From positions 10,602,001 through 10,666,000 of the forward strand of contig OZ231126.1 in NCBI GenBank assembly GCA_965153355.1: a DNA stretch of 64,000 nucleotides. Direction: 5' to 3'. Positions within the stretch are counted from its first letter, which is position 1. Every line of letters begins with the position of its first letter. This document shows, piece by piece, positions 1 through 12,266 of the stretch. Made by a program: the position numbers and the translations under genes. The notes below the pieces were generated by a model. The model saw only the letters and a list, made by a program, of their open reading frames with translations, ran no database searches and was not told the origin of the DNA. The DNA is from Flaccisagitta enflata (taxonomy: Eukaryota).

Positions 1-207
1 ATCTTTAAAAATCATAGCATAAAAATATTTGTCGTAGAGCATTCTGCTTGGCGCCAAATGAAAGAGAATTATCAAATTTACTTACCCTATCAATTTCATT
101 GGAGGCCCCAATCGCTCGGTGGAGATTCCCAACTTTCCCATAAGAAAATGAAAACCCTGTTTCTCTCGAATATGTCAAAAGTCGAAGACTGACTTGACTT
201 TTTCCGA
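1..207 (-). mobile_element. Non-autonomous Helitron (element C), partial; its 5' end is in the window
   Basis: Matches the last ~200 bp of the other C copies and ends ...TTTTCCGA|TAATGG. Confidence 0.8.
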
Positions 208-2338
208 TAATGGTGTGACAAAAAACTTTTAAATGTCTTGGACATGTTAATTAGGCCTGTTTTAGCTTCAGTAGATCAAAAGAGAATAAATGAATGACCT
301 TTTGGCTTAAACTAATTCATTAAAGATGGTGGCGCAGATACTGGATACTGGATACTGGATACTGGATACTGGATACTGGATACTGGATACTGGATACTTG
401 ATTCTCTGTAAGCCTAGAAAATGTTGTCTTTTTGTTTTAAACATGCGACCCTTGACCCTTAATGCTAGTCTACAGTATCTAAGCTCAGACTAGAGTCCAT
501 TGTTTGAGTGTATGTGGTGATGCAGATACTGGATACTGGATACTGGATACTGGATACCTGATTCTCTCTATTAGATAAGACTTTTTTTATTTCATATAAT
601 GGTGTGACAAAAAACTTTCAGGTGACACGGACATGTTAATTAGGCCTGTTTTATGCTTCAGTAAGATCATAGAGAATGAAATGAATGACCTTTTACTGGT
701 TTAAACTAATTCATCAAAGATGGTGGTGCAGATACTGGATACTGGATACTGGATACTGGATACTGGATACTGGATACTGGATACTTGATTCTCTGTAAGC
801 CTAGAAAATGTTGTCTTTTTGTTTTAAACATGCGACCCTTGACCCTTAATGCTAGTCTACAGTATCTAAGCTCAGACTAGAGTCCATTGTTTGAGTGTAT
901 GTGGTGATGCAGATACTGGATACTGGATACTGGATACTGGATACCTGATTCTCTCTTATTAGATAAGACTTTTTTTATTTCATATAATGGTGTGACAAAA
1001 AACTTTTAGGTGACACGGACATGTTAATTAGGCCTGTTTTATGCTTCAGTAAGATCAAAGAGAATGAAATGAATGACCTTTTACTGGCTTAAACTAATTC
1101 ATTAAAGATGGTGGCGCAGATACTGGATACTGGATACTGGATACTGGATACTGGATACTGAAAATGGATACTGTCTTTTTGTTTTAAACATGCGACCCTT
1201 GACCCTTAATGCTAGTCTACAGTATCTAAGCTCAGACTAGAGTCCATTGTTTGAGTGTATGTGGTGATGCAGATACTGGATACTGGATACTGGATACTGG
1301 ATACCTGATTCTCTCTTATTAGATAAGACTTTTTTTATTTCATATAATGGTGTGACAAAAAACTTTTAGGTGACACGGACATGTTAATTAGGCCTGTTTT
1401 ATGCTTCAGTAAGATCATAGAGAATGAAATGAATGACCTTTTACTGGTTTAAACTAATTCATCAAAGATGGTGGCGCAGATACTGGATACTGGATACTGG
1501 ATACTGGATACTGGATACTGGATACTGGATACTTGATTCTCTGTAAGCCTAGAAAATGTTGTCTTTTTGTTTTAAACATGCGACCCTTGACCCTTAATGC
1601 TAGTCTACAGTATCTAAGCTCAGACTAGAGTCCATTGTTTGAGTGTATGTGGTGATGCAGATACTGGATACTGGATACTGGATACTGGATACCTGATTCT
1701 CTCTTATTAGATAAGACTTTTTTTTATTTCATATAATGGTGTGACAAAAACTTTTAGGTGACACGGACATGTTAATTAGGCCTGTTTTATGCTTCAGTAA
1801 GATCAAAGAGAATGAAATGAATGACCTTTTACTGGCTTAAACTAATTCATTAAAGATGGTGGCGCAGATACTAGATACTGGATACTGGATACTGGATACT
1901 GGATACTGGATACTTGATTCTCTGTAAGCCTAGAAAATGTTGTCTTTTTGTTTTAAACATGCGACCCTTGACCCTTAATGCTAGTCTACAGTATCTAAGC
2001 TCAGACTAGAGTCCATTGTTTGAGTGTATGTGGTGATGCAGATACTGGATACTGGATACTGGATACCTGATTCTCTCTTATTAGATAAGACTTTTTTTAT
2101 TTCATATAATGGTGTGACAAAAGACTTTTAGGTGACACGGACATGTTAATTAGGCCTGTTTTATGCTTCAGTAAGATCATAGAGAATGAAATGAATGACC
2201 TTTTACTGGTTTAAACTAATTCATCAAAGATGGTGGCGCAGATACTGGATACTGGATACTGGATACTGGATACTGGATACTGGATACTGGATACTGGATA
2301 CTTGATTCTCTGTAAGCCTAGAAAATGTTGTCTTTTTG

Positions 2339-3038
2339 TAGCAAGGAACGTGGATGGTCTTTTGTCTCTCTAAAATGCTGACAGAGTTCTCCTCTGATCC
2401 TCTCAATTCATGTCTTTCCCTCATCGTCTCAATTCCGTAGCTCCAGGGGAGTGACGGGGAGTGACGTCATGAATCCATAATGCGTTCCTCTTAATTAAGG
2501 TTACTGCATTGTCGGAATGTTGTCACCGATGTTTTTCAAAGAAAATAATGAAAAAAACTACTTTTGTTAGCTGTGATACATGAGTAAATCGGTCAGGCTA
2601 AGCAATGTTTTTCCTGAGTTCGTGGCTGGATAATTGCCGTTCCCAGCAAAGAGAGCTGTGATTGGTTAATGTGAACTGTCAAGTGATCGCTCATTGGCTG
2701 GCTTATTGTGTTTTGAAAAGACAGAAGTCTAACGTCACATGTGGGGAATTACAGCATCCAATAGCATAGTTTTAAAGTGTCTAAGCAGCTAATCAGGAAA
2801 TCATGATCAGTATGGAAACTTTACGTCAAGAATTGATCCCTTTGCAAATTTGAATTTGCTTCAAGAGCTGCCCAAATATTGTTACCTTGCGAGGACATGA
2901 AAAATTGGATTTCTTAAGATGAGGAATGATTCGAGTTGGGATTTTTCATTGTGATAAGATATAAGACAAGGTCGGCGAGTCAGTTGACCCCAGTAAGCAC
3001 AATAAATCACAATAGTTCTAAATGACCGACCCTCGCCA
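2339..3038. mobile_element. Element A, ~690-700 bp non-autonomous insertion with 7-bp TSD (CTTTTTG), copy 1
   Basis: Empty site GTCTTTTTG|TTTTAAAC; filled site CTTTTTG-TAGCAAGG...CCCTCGCCA-CTTTTTG. This copy has an extra GGGGAGTGAC duplication. Confidence 0.85.
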
Positions 3039-3088
3039 CTTTTTGTTTTAAACATGCGACCCTTGACCCTTAATGCTAGTCTACAGTA

Positions 3089-3683
3089 CAGGGTGAACAT
3101 TGTCAAATGCAAAAAAGTATTAAGCTTTTACTTGATGCTTTAATCACGTGACCTGGAACACTTTTTTCTTCAAGTAGTATGCTTGACATTTTTTGTGTCA
3201 AAATTTCATGGGTCTGAGTTGAATAGTTTGTTCATAATATCAGTTTGAAGTAAAAAGAATATTTAGAGCTTGACCTTGATTACTGATTTTTTTCATCTGG
3301 GCAGGTTCTTTTGGAATTGTTCTGATGTTGAAATGACTTAAGCCACAGATGCTACATTGGTCTTAAATGAAAGAGAATCAAATTTTCTTCCAATCAAGAC
3401 CAATCTGGCATTTATAGCTCAAGCTGTCTTCAAATGAGAGCAAATCGAAAAAAAACTTTCCAGTTTAAAGAAGAAGATTTTTAGCTGAAAATGAGCTTTT
3501 TCTAGAAATGCCTCTTTTGCTTCAATTTAATGTTGTGGACAAAGAATCCAACTCAGACCTATGAAATTTTGATACAAAAATGTCAAATTATAGTACTTTA
3601 AGAGAAAAGAATCTAGGTCATAAAAATGAAGCATCTAGAAGCAAAAGCTTAATACGTTTTTGCATTTGACAATATTCACACTG
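3089..3683. mobile_element. Element B, ~600 bp MITE with long imperfect TIRs and TA TSD (Tc1/mariner-type), copy 1
   Basis: Empty site CTACAG-TA-TCTAAG; filled TA-CAGGGTGAACATTGTCAAATGCAAAAA...TTTTTGCATTTGACAATATTCACACTG-TA. Inverted similarity extends ~150 bp. Confidence 0.9.
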
Positions 3684-4989
3684 TATCTAAGCTCAGACTA
3701 GAGTCCATTGTTTGAGTGTATGTGGTGATGCAGATACTGGATACTGGATACTGGATACTGGATACCTGATTCTCTTTTATTAGATAAGACTTTTTTTATT
3801 TCATATAATGGTGTGACAAAAAACTTTTAGGTGACATGGACATGTTAATTAGGCCTGTTTTATGCTTCAGTAAGATCAAAGAGAATGAAATGAATGACCT
3901 TTTACTGGCTTAAACTAATTCATTAAAGATGGTGGCGCAGATACTGGATACTGGATACTGGATACTGTATACTGGATACTGGATACTGGATACTGGATAC
4001 TGGATACTGGATACTTGATTCTCTGTAAGCCTAGAAAATGTTGTCTTTTTGTTTTAAACATGCAACCCTTGACCCTTAATGCTAGTCTACAGTATCTAAG
4101 CTCTGTGACTAGAGTCCATTGTTTGAGTGTATGTAGATTACTAGATACTGGATACTGGATACTGATACCTGATTCTCTCTTATTAGATGACTTTTTTATT
4201 TCATAATGGTGTGACAAAGACTTTTAGGTGACATGACATTGACATGTTAATTAGGCCTGTTTTATGCTCCAGTAAGATCATAGAGAATGAAATGAATGAC
4301 CTTTACTGGTTTAAACTAATTCATCAAAGATGTATACAGATACTGGATATGATACTGGATACTGGATACTGGATACTGGATACTGGATACTTGATTCTCT
4401 GTAAGCCTAGAAAATGCTGTCTTTTTGTTTTAAACATGCGACCCTTGACCCTAATGCCAGTCTACAGCATCTAAGCTCAGACTAGAGTCCATTGTTTGAG
4501 TGTGTAAAAAATGTTCATTCTGATACTGATACTGATACTGATACTGATACTGATACCGATACTCTCTATTAGATAAGACTTTTTTTTATTTCATATAATG
4601 GTGTGACAAAAGACTTTTAGGTGACACGGACATGTTAATTAGCCCTGTTTTATGCTTCAGTAAGATCATAGAGAATGAAATGAATGACCTTTACTGTTTA
4701 AACTAATTCATCAAAGATGGTAATGCAGATACTGGATACATTTGGATACTGATATTGATACTGGATACTGATACTGGATATTGATACTTGATTCATTCTG
4801 TGTAAGCCTAGAAAATGTTGTCTTTTTGTTTTAAACATGCGAATTCTTGACTCACTGGCTCTGACAGTATCTAAGCTCAGACTAGAGTCCATTGTTTGAG
4901 TATATGTGGTGATGCAGATACTGGATACTGGATACTGGATACTGGATACTTGAATCTCTCTTATTAGATAAGACTTTTTTTATTTCATA

Positions 4990-5821
4990 CCAGTAATGGC
5001 GGCTGTCGCCGTGAGGAAAAAAGTCGTAAGCATTGATCGCTTTTCACCAAGCTTTTGTCTTTTGTCACTGCAAATCTTTTTTTCTATTACATCAAATCAA
5101 GAGCATTTATATGTATTGATTGCATTGAATATCAGAAGAAAAATAGGACTAAACCAAATGAGCTAGATGAGCTAAAATGCTCAAAATCACTCAACCAGAC
5201 AACCAGCCATGCTCACTGACATGTTTTCTTGTATTTACATGCTACCATCAAAATATCTATCTATCCAATTAAAAATCAGTAAAAATATGAGCTAAATGAG
5301 CAAAGTGAGCTAGAATACTCAAAAATATCCTCAAAGATGAGCAACTCTGCTCACTGACAATGCTTTCTTGTATTTGCAAGCTCAAACATGTATCAAAACA
5401 TTCATTCATTTATCGCATTTTTAATCAGAAAAACAGAATGAGCTAAATGAGCTAAATGAGCTGAAATGCTCAAAAACGCCCTCACAGATGAGCAGCTGTG
5501 CCTATAAACATGTTTTCTGTATTTGCATGCTCAAATAAACATAAATACACTCTCTTATTGATCCTACACAAAATCGTAAAAAATGAAAAATTTCATTCGA
5601 ATTTTTCTATAACAAATCTTTAAAAATCATAGCGCGAAAATATTTGTCGTAGAGCATTCTGCTTGGCGTCAAATGAAAGAGAATTATCAAATTTACTTAT
5701 TCTATCAATTTACTGAGGCCCCACCGCTCGGTGAGATTCCTCAACTTTCCCATAAGAAAATGAAACCCTGTTTCTTCTCGAATATGTCAAAAGTTGAAGA
5801 CTGACTTCACTCTTTTCCCGA
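4990..5821 (-). mobile_element. Element C, ~835 bp non-autonomous Helitron, copy 1
   Basis: Minus strand reads A|TCGGGAAAA...GGCGACAGCCGCC-ATTA-CTGG|T: 5' TC, 3' hairpin plus CTRR, inserted in A|T of the monomer with no TSD. Confidence 0.85.
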
Positions 5822-7251
5822 TAATGGTGTGACAAAAACTTTTAGTATTAATGACATGTTAATTAGGCCTGTTTTATGCTTCAGTAAGATCAAAGAGAAT
5901 GAAATGAATGACCTTTTTATCATTTAAACTAATCTAATAAAGATGGTGGACACTAGATACTGGATACTGGATACTGATACTGGATACTGGATACTGGATA
6001 CTGAATACTTGATTCTCTGTAAGCCTAGAAAATGTTGTCTTTTTGTTTCAAACATGCGACCCTTGACCCTTAATGCTAGTCTACAGAATCTAAGCTCAGA
6101 CTAGAGTCCACTGGTTTTAAGTAAGTCATCAGTGATGGCAGATCTGATACTGGATATTGGATACTGGATACTAGATTCTCTTCTTATTAGATAAGACTTT
6201 TATTTATAATGGTGTGACAAAAGACTTTTAGGTGACACGGACATGTTAATTAGGCCTGTTTTATGCTTCAGTAAGATCATAGAGAATGAAATGTATGAAT
6301 GACCTTACTGGTTTAAACTAATTCACTGGGAAGATGGTGGATGCAGATACTGGATACTGGATACTGGATACTGATACTGGATACTGATACTGATACTTGA
6401 TTCTCTGTAGGTTTCAGAAAATGTTGTCTTTTGTTTTAAACATATGGGACCCTTGACCCTTAATGCTAGTCTACAGTATCTTAGCTCAGACTAGAGTCCA
6501 ATGTTTGAGATAATGGATACTGGATACTAGATACTGGATACTGATACTGGATACTGGATACTTGATTTCTTATTAGATAAGACTTTTTTATTTCATATAA
6601 TGGTCTGACAAAAAACTTTTAGGTGACACGGACATGTTAATTAGGCCTGTTTTATGCTTCAGTAAGATCAAGGAGAATGAAATGAATGACCTTTTACTGG
6701 CTTAAACTAATTAAAGATGGTGGCTAGGATACTGATACCGATACTGATACTGATACTGAGATACTGGATACCTGATACTGGATACTTGATTCTCTGTAAG
6801 CCCAGAAAATGCTGTCTTTTTGTTTTTAAACATGCTAATTCTTGACCCTTAATGCTAGTCTTTACAGTATCTAAGCTCAGACTAGAGTCCATTGTTTGGG
6901 GGTATGTGGTGATGCAGATACTGGATACTGGATACTGGATACTGGGAACTAATTGATTCTCTCTTTATTAGATAAAACTTTTTATTTCATAATGGTGACA
7001 AAAGACTTTAGGTGACACGGACATGTTAATTAGGCCTGTTTTAGATGCTTCAGTAAGATCATAGAGAATGAAATGAATGACCTTTACTGATTTAAACTAA
7101 TTCATCAAAGATGGTACAGATACTGATGTAAGCACTGGATACTGGATACTGGATACTGGATACTGGATACTTGATTCTGTGTAAGCCTAGAAAATGTTGT
7201 CTTTTTGTTTTAAACATGCCGACCCTTGACCCTTAATGCTAGTCTACAGTA

Positions 7252-7876
7252 CAGGGTGAACATTGTCAAATGCAAAAAAGTATTAAGCTTTTACTTTTTG
7301 ACGCTTCATCACCATGACCTGGAATCAATTTTTCTCTTATAGTGAGTATGCTTGACATTTTTTGTGTCAAAATTTCATGGGTCTGAGTTGAATAGTTTGT
7401 TCATAATATCAGTTTGAAGTAAAAAGAATATTTAGAGCTTGACCTTGATTACTGATTTTTTTCATCTGGGCAGGTTCTTTTGGAATTGTTCTGATGTTGA
7501 AATGACTTAAGCCACAGATGCTACATTGGTCTTAAATGAAAGAGAATCAAATTTTCTTCCAATCAAGACCAATCTGGCATTTATAGCTCAAGCTGTCTTC
7601 AAATGAGAGCAAATCGAAAAAAAAACTTTCCAGTTTAAAGAAGAAGATTTTTAGCTGAAAATGAAAGATTTTTAGCTGAAAATGAGCTTTTTCTAGAAAT
7701 GCCTCTTTTACTTCAATTTAATGTTGTGGACAAAGAATCCAACTTAGACCCATGAAATTTTGATACAAAAAACGTCAATTATAGTACTTTAAGAGAAAAG
7801 TGAATCTAGGTCATAAAAATGAAGCATCTAGAAGCAAAAGCTTAATACTTTTTTGCATTTGACAATGTTCACACTG
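7252..7876. mobile_element. Element B MITE, copy 2 (no element A upstream)
   Basis: Same TIRs and TA site; small internal duplication AAGATTTTTAGCTGAAAATG. Confidence 0.9.
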
Positions 7877-10800
7877 TATCTAAGCTCAGACTAGAGTCCA
7901 TTGTTTGAGTGTATGTGGTGATGCAGATACTGGATACTGGATACTGGATACTGGATACCTGATTCTCTCTTATTAGATAAGACTTTTTTTATTTCATATA
8001 ATGGTGTGACAAAAAACTTTCAGGTGACACGGACATGTTAATTAGGCCTGTTTATTGCTTCAGTAAGATGGAAGAGAATGAAATGAATGACCTTTTACTG
8101 GCTTAAACTAATTCATTAAAGATGGTGGCGCAGATACTAGATACTGGATACTGGATACTGGATACTGGATACTGGATACTGGATACTTGATTCTCTGTAA
8201 GCCTAGAAAATGTTGTCTTTTTGTTTTAAACATGCGACCCTTGACCCTTAATGCTAGTCTACAGTATCTAAGCTCAGACTAGAGTCCATTGTTTGAGTGT
8301 ATGTGGCGATGCAGATACTGGATACTGGATACTGGATACCTGATTCTCTCTTATTAGATAAGACTTTTTTTATTTCATATAATGGTGTGACAAAAGACTT
8401 TTAGGTGACACGGACATGTTAATTAGGCCTGTTTTATGCTTCAGTAAGATCATAGAGAATGAAATGAATGACCTTTTACTGGTTTAAACTAATTCATCAA
8501 AGATGGTGGCGCAGATACTGGATACTGGATACTGGATACTGGATACTGGATACTGGATACTGGATACTGGATACTTGATTCTCTGTAAGCCTAGAAAATG
8601 TTGTCTTTTTGTTTTAAACATGCGACCCTTGACCCTTAATGCTAGTCTACAGTATCTAAGCTCAGACTAGAGTCCATTGTTTGAGTGTATGTGGTGATGC
8701 AGATACTGGATACTGGATACTGGATACTGGATACCTGATTCTCTCTTATTAGATAAGACTTTTTTTATTTCATATAATGGTGTGACAAAAGACTTTTAGG
8801 TGACACGGACATGTTAATTAGGCCTGTTTTATGCTTCAGTAAGATCATAGAGAATGAAATGAATGACCTTTTACTGGTTTAAACTAATTCATCAAAGATG
8901 GTGGCGCAGATACTGGATACTGGATACTGGATACTGGATACTGGATACTGGATACTTGATTCTCTGTAAGCCTAGAAAATGTTGTCTTTTTGTTTTAAAC
9001 ATGCGACCCTTGACCCTTAATGCTAGTCTACAGTATCTAAGCTCAGACTAGAGTCCATTGTTTGAGTGTATGTGGTGATGCAGATACTGGATACTGGATA
9101 CTGGATACTGGATACCTGATTCTCTCTTATTAGATAAGACTTTTTTTTATTTCATATAATTGTGTGACAAAAGACTTTTAGGTGACACGGACATGTTAAT
9201 TAGGCCTGTTTTATGCTTCAGTAAGATCATAGAGAATGAAATGAATGACCTTTTACTGGTTTTAACTAATTCATCAAAGATGGTGGCGCAGATACTGGAT
9301 ACTGGATACTGGATACTGGATACTGGATACTGGATACTTGATTCTCTGTAAGCCTAGAAAATGTTGTCTTTTTGTTTAAAACATGCGACCCTTGACCCTT
9401 AATGCTAGTCTACAGTATCTAAGCTCAGACTAGAGTCCGTTGTTTGAGTGTATGTGGTGATGCAGATACTGGATACTGGATACTGGATACTGGATACCTG
9501 ATTCTCTCTTATTAGATAAGACTTTTTTATTTCATATAATGGTGTGACAAAAAACTTTTAGGTGACACGGACATGTTAATTAGGCCTGTTTTATGCTTCA
9601 GTAAGATCAAAGAGAATGAAATGAATGACCTTTTACTGGCTTAAACTAATTCATTAAAGATGGTGGCGCAGATACTGGATACTGGATACTGGATACTGGA
9701 TACTGGATACTGGATACTTGATTCTCTGTAAGCCTAGAAAATGTTGTCTTTTTGTTTTAAACATGCGACCCTTGACCCTTAATGCTAGTCTACAGTATCT
9801 AAGCTCAGACTAGAGTCCATTGTTTGAGTGTATGTGGTGATGCAGATACTGGATACTGGATACTGGATACTGGATACCTGATTCTCTCTTATTAGATAAG
9901 ACTTTTTTTATTTCATATAATGGTGTGACAAAAAACTTTTAGGTGACACGGACATGTTAATTAGGCCTGTTTTATGCTTCAGTAAGATCATAGAGAATGA
10001 AATGAATGACCTTTTACTGGTTTAAACTAATTCATCAAAGATGGTGGCGCAGATACTGGATACTGGATACTGGATACTGGATACTGGATACTGGATACTG
10101 GATACTTGATTCTCTGTAAGCCTAGAAAATGTTGTCTTTTTGTTTTAAACATGCGACCCTTGACCCTTAATGCTAGTCTACAGTATCTAAGCTCAGACTA
10201 GAGTCCATTGTTTGAGTGTATGTGGTGATGCAGATACTGGATACTGGATACTGGATACTGGATACTGGATACCTGATTCTCTCTTATTAGATAAGACTTT
10301 TTTTATTTCATATAATGGTGTGACAAAAAACTTTTAGGTGACACGGACATGTTAATTAGGCCTGTTTTATGCTTCAGTAAGATCAAAGAGAATGAAATGA
10401 ATGACCTTTTACTGGCTTAAACTAATTCATTAAAGATGGTGGCGCAGATACTGGATACTGGATACTGGATACTGGATACTGGATACTGGATACTGGATAC
10501 TTGATTCTCTGTAAGCCTAGAAAATGTTGTCTTTTTGTTTTAAACATGCGACCCTTGACCCTTAATGCTAGTCTACAGTATCTAAGCTCAGACTAGAGTC
10601 CATTGTTTGAGTGTATGTGGTGATGCAGATACTGGATACTGGATACTGGATACCTGATTCTCTCTTATTAGATAAGACTTTTTTTATTTCATATAATGGT
10701 GTGACAAAAGACTTTTAGGTGACACAGACATGTTAATTAGGCCTGTTTTATGCTTCAGTAAGATCATAGAGAATGAAATGAATGACCTTTTACTGGTTAA

Positions 10801-10925
10801 AACTAATTCATCAACAATGGTGGCGCAGATACTGGATACTGGATACTGGATACTGGATACTGGATACTGGATACTGGATACTGGATACTTGATTCTCTGT
10901 AAGCCTAGAAAATGTTGTCTTTTTG

Positions 10926-11615
10926 TAGCAAGGAACGTGGATGGTCTTTTGTCTCTCTAAAATGCTGACAGAGTTCTCCTCTGATCCTCTCAATTCATGT
11001 CTTCCCCTCATCGTCTCAATTCAGTAGCTCCAGGGGAGTGACGTCATGAATCCATAATGCGTTCCTCTTAATTAAGGTTACTGCATTGTCGGAATGTTGT
11101 CACCGATGTTTTTCAAAGAAAATAATGAAAAAAACTACTTTTGTTAGCTGTGATACATGAGTAAATCGGTCAGGCTAAGCAATGTTTTTCCTGAGTTCGT
11201 GGCTGGATAATTGCCGTTCCCAGCAAAGAGAGCTGTGATTGGGTAATGTGAACTGTCAAGTGATCGCTCATTGGCTGGCTTATTGTGTTTTGAAAAGACA
11301 GAAGTCTAATGTCACATGTGGGGAATTACAGCATCCAATAGCATAGTTTTAAAGTGTCTAAGCAGCTAATCAGGAAATCATGATCAGTATGGAAACTTTA
11401 CGTCAAAAATTGATCCCTTTGCAAATTTGAATTTGCTTCAAGAGCTGCCCAAATATTGTTACCTTGCGAGGACATGAAAAATTGGATTTCTTAAGATGAG
11501 GAATGATTCGAGTTGGGATTTTTCATTGTGATAAGATATAAGACAAGGTCGGCGAGTCAGTTGACCCCAGTAAGCACAATAAATCACAATAGTTCTAAAT
11601 GACCGACCCTCGCCA
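10926..11615. mobile_element. Element A, copy 2
   Basis: Same termini and CTTTTTG TSD. Confidence 0.85.
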
Positions 11616-11665
11616 CTTTTTGTTTTAAACATGCGACCCTTGACCCTTAATGCTAGTCTACAGTA

Positions 11666-12266
11666 CAGGGTGAACATTGTCAAATGCAAAAAAGTATTAA
11701 GCTTTTACTTCTTGACGCTTCATCACCATGACCTGGAATCATTTTTCTCTTATAGTAGTATGCTTGACATTTTTTGTGTCAAAATTTCATGGGTCTGAGT
11801 TGAATAGTTTGTTCATAATATCAGTTTGAAGTAAAAAGAATATTTAGAGCTTGACCTTGATTACTGATTTTTTTCATCTGGGCAGGTTCTTTTGGAATTG
11901 TTCTGATGTTGAAATGACTTAAGCCACAGATGCTACATTGGTCTTAAATGAAAGAGAATCAAATTTTCTTCCAATCAAGACCAATCTGGCATTTATAGCT
12001 CAAGCTGTCTTCAAATGAGAGCAAATCGAAAAAAAACTTTCCAGTTTAAAGAAGAAGATTTTTAGCTGAAAATGAGCTTTTTCTAGAAATGCCTCTTTTA
12101 CTTCAATTTAATGTTGTGGACAAAGAATCCAACTTAGACCCATGAAATTTTGATACAAAAAACGTCAATTATAGTACTTTAAGAGAAAAGTGAATCTAGG
12201 TCATAAAAATGAAGCATCTAGAAGCAAAAGCTTAATACGTTTTTGCATTTGACAATGTTCACACTG
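11666..12266. mobile_element. Element B MITE, copy 3
   Basis: Same TIRs and TA site, 50 bp after element A. Confidence 0.9.

Noticed and set aside
1004-1017. TTTAGGTGACAC resembles the SP6 promoter (vector contamination)
   Set aside because: Lacks TATAG and is an integral part of almost every monomer.
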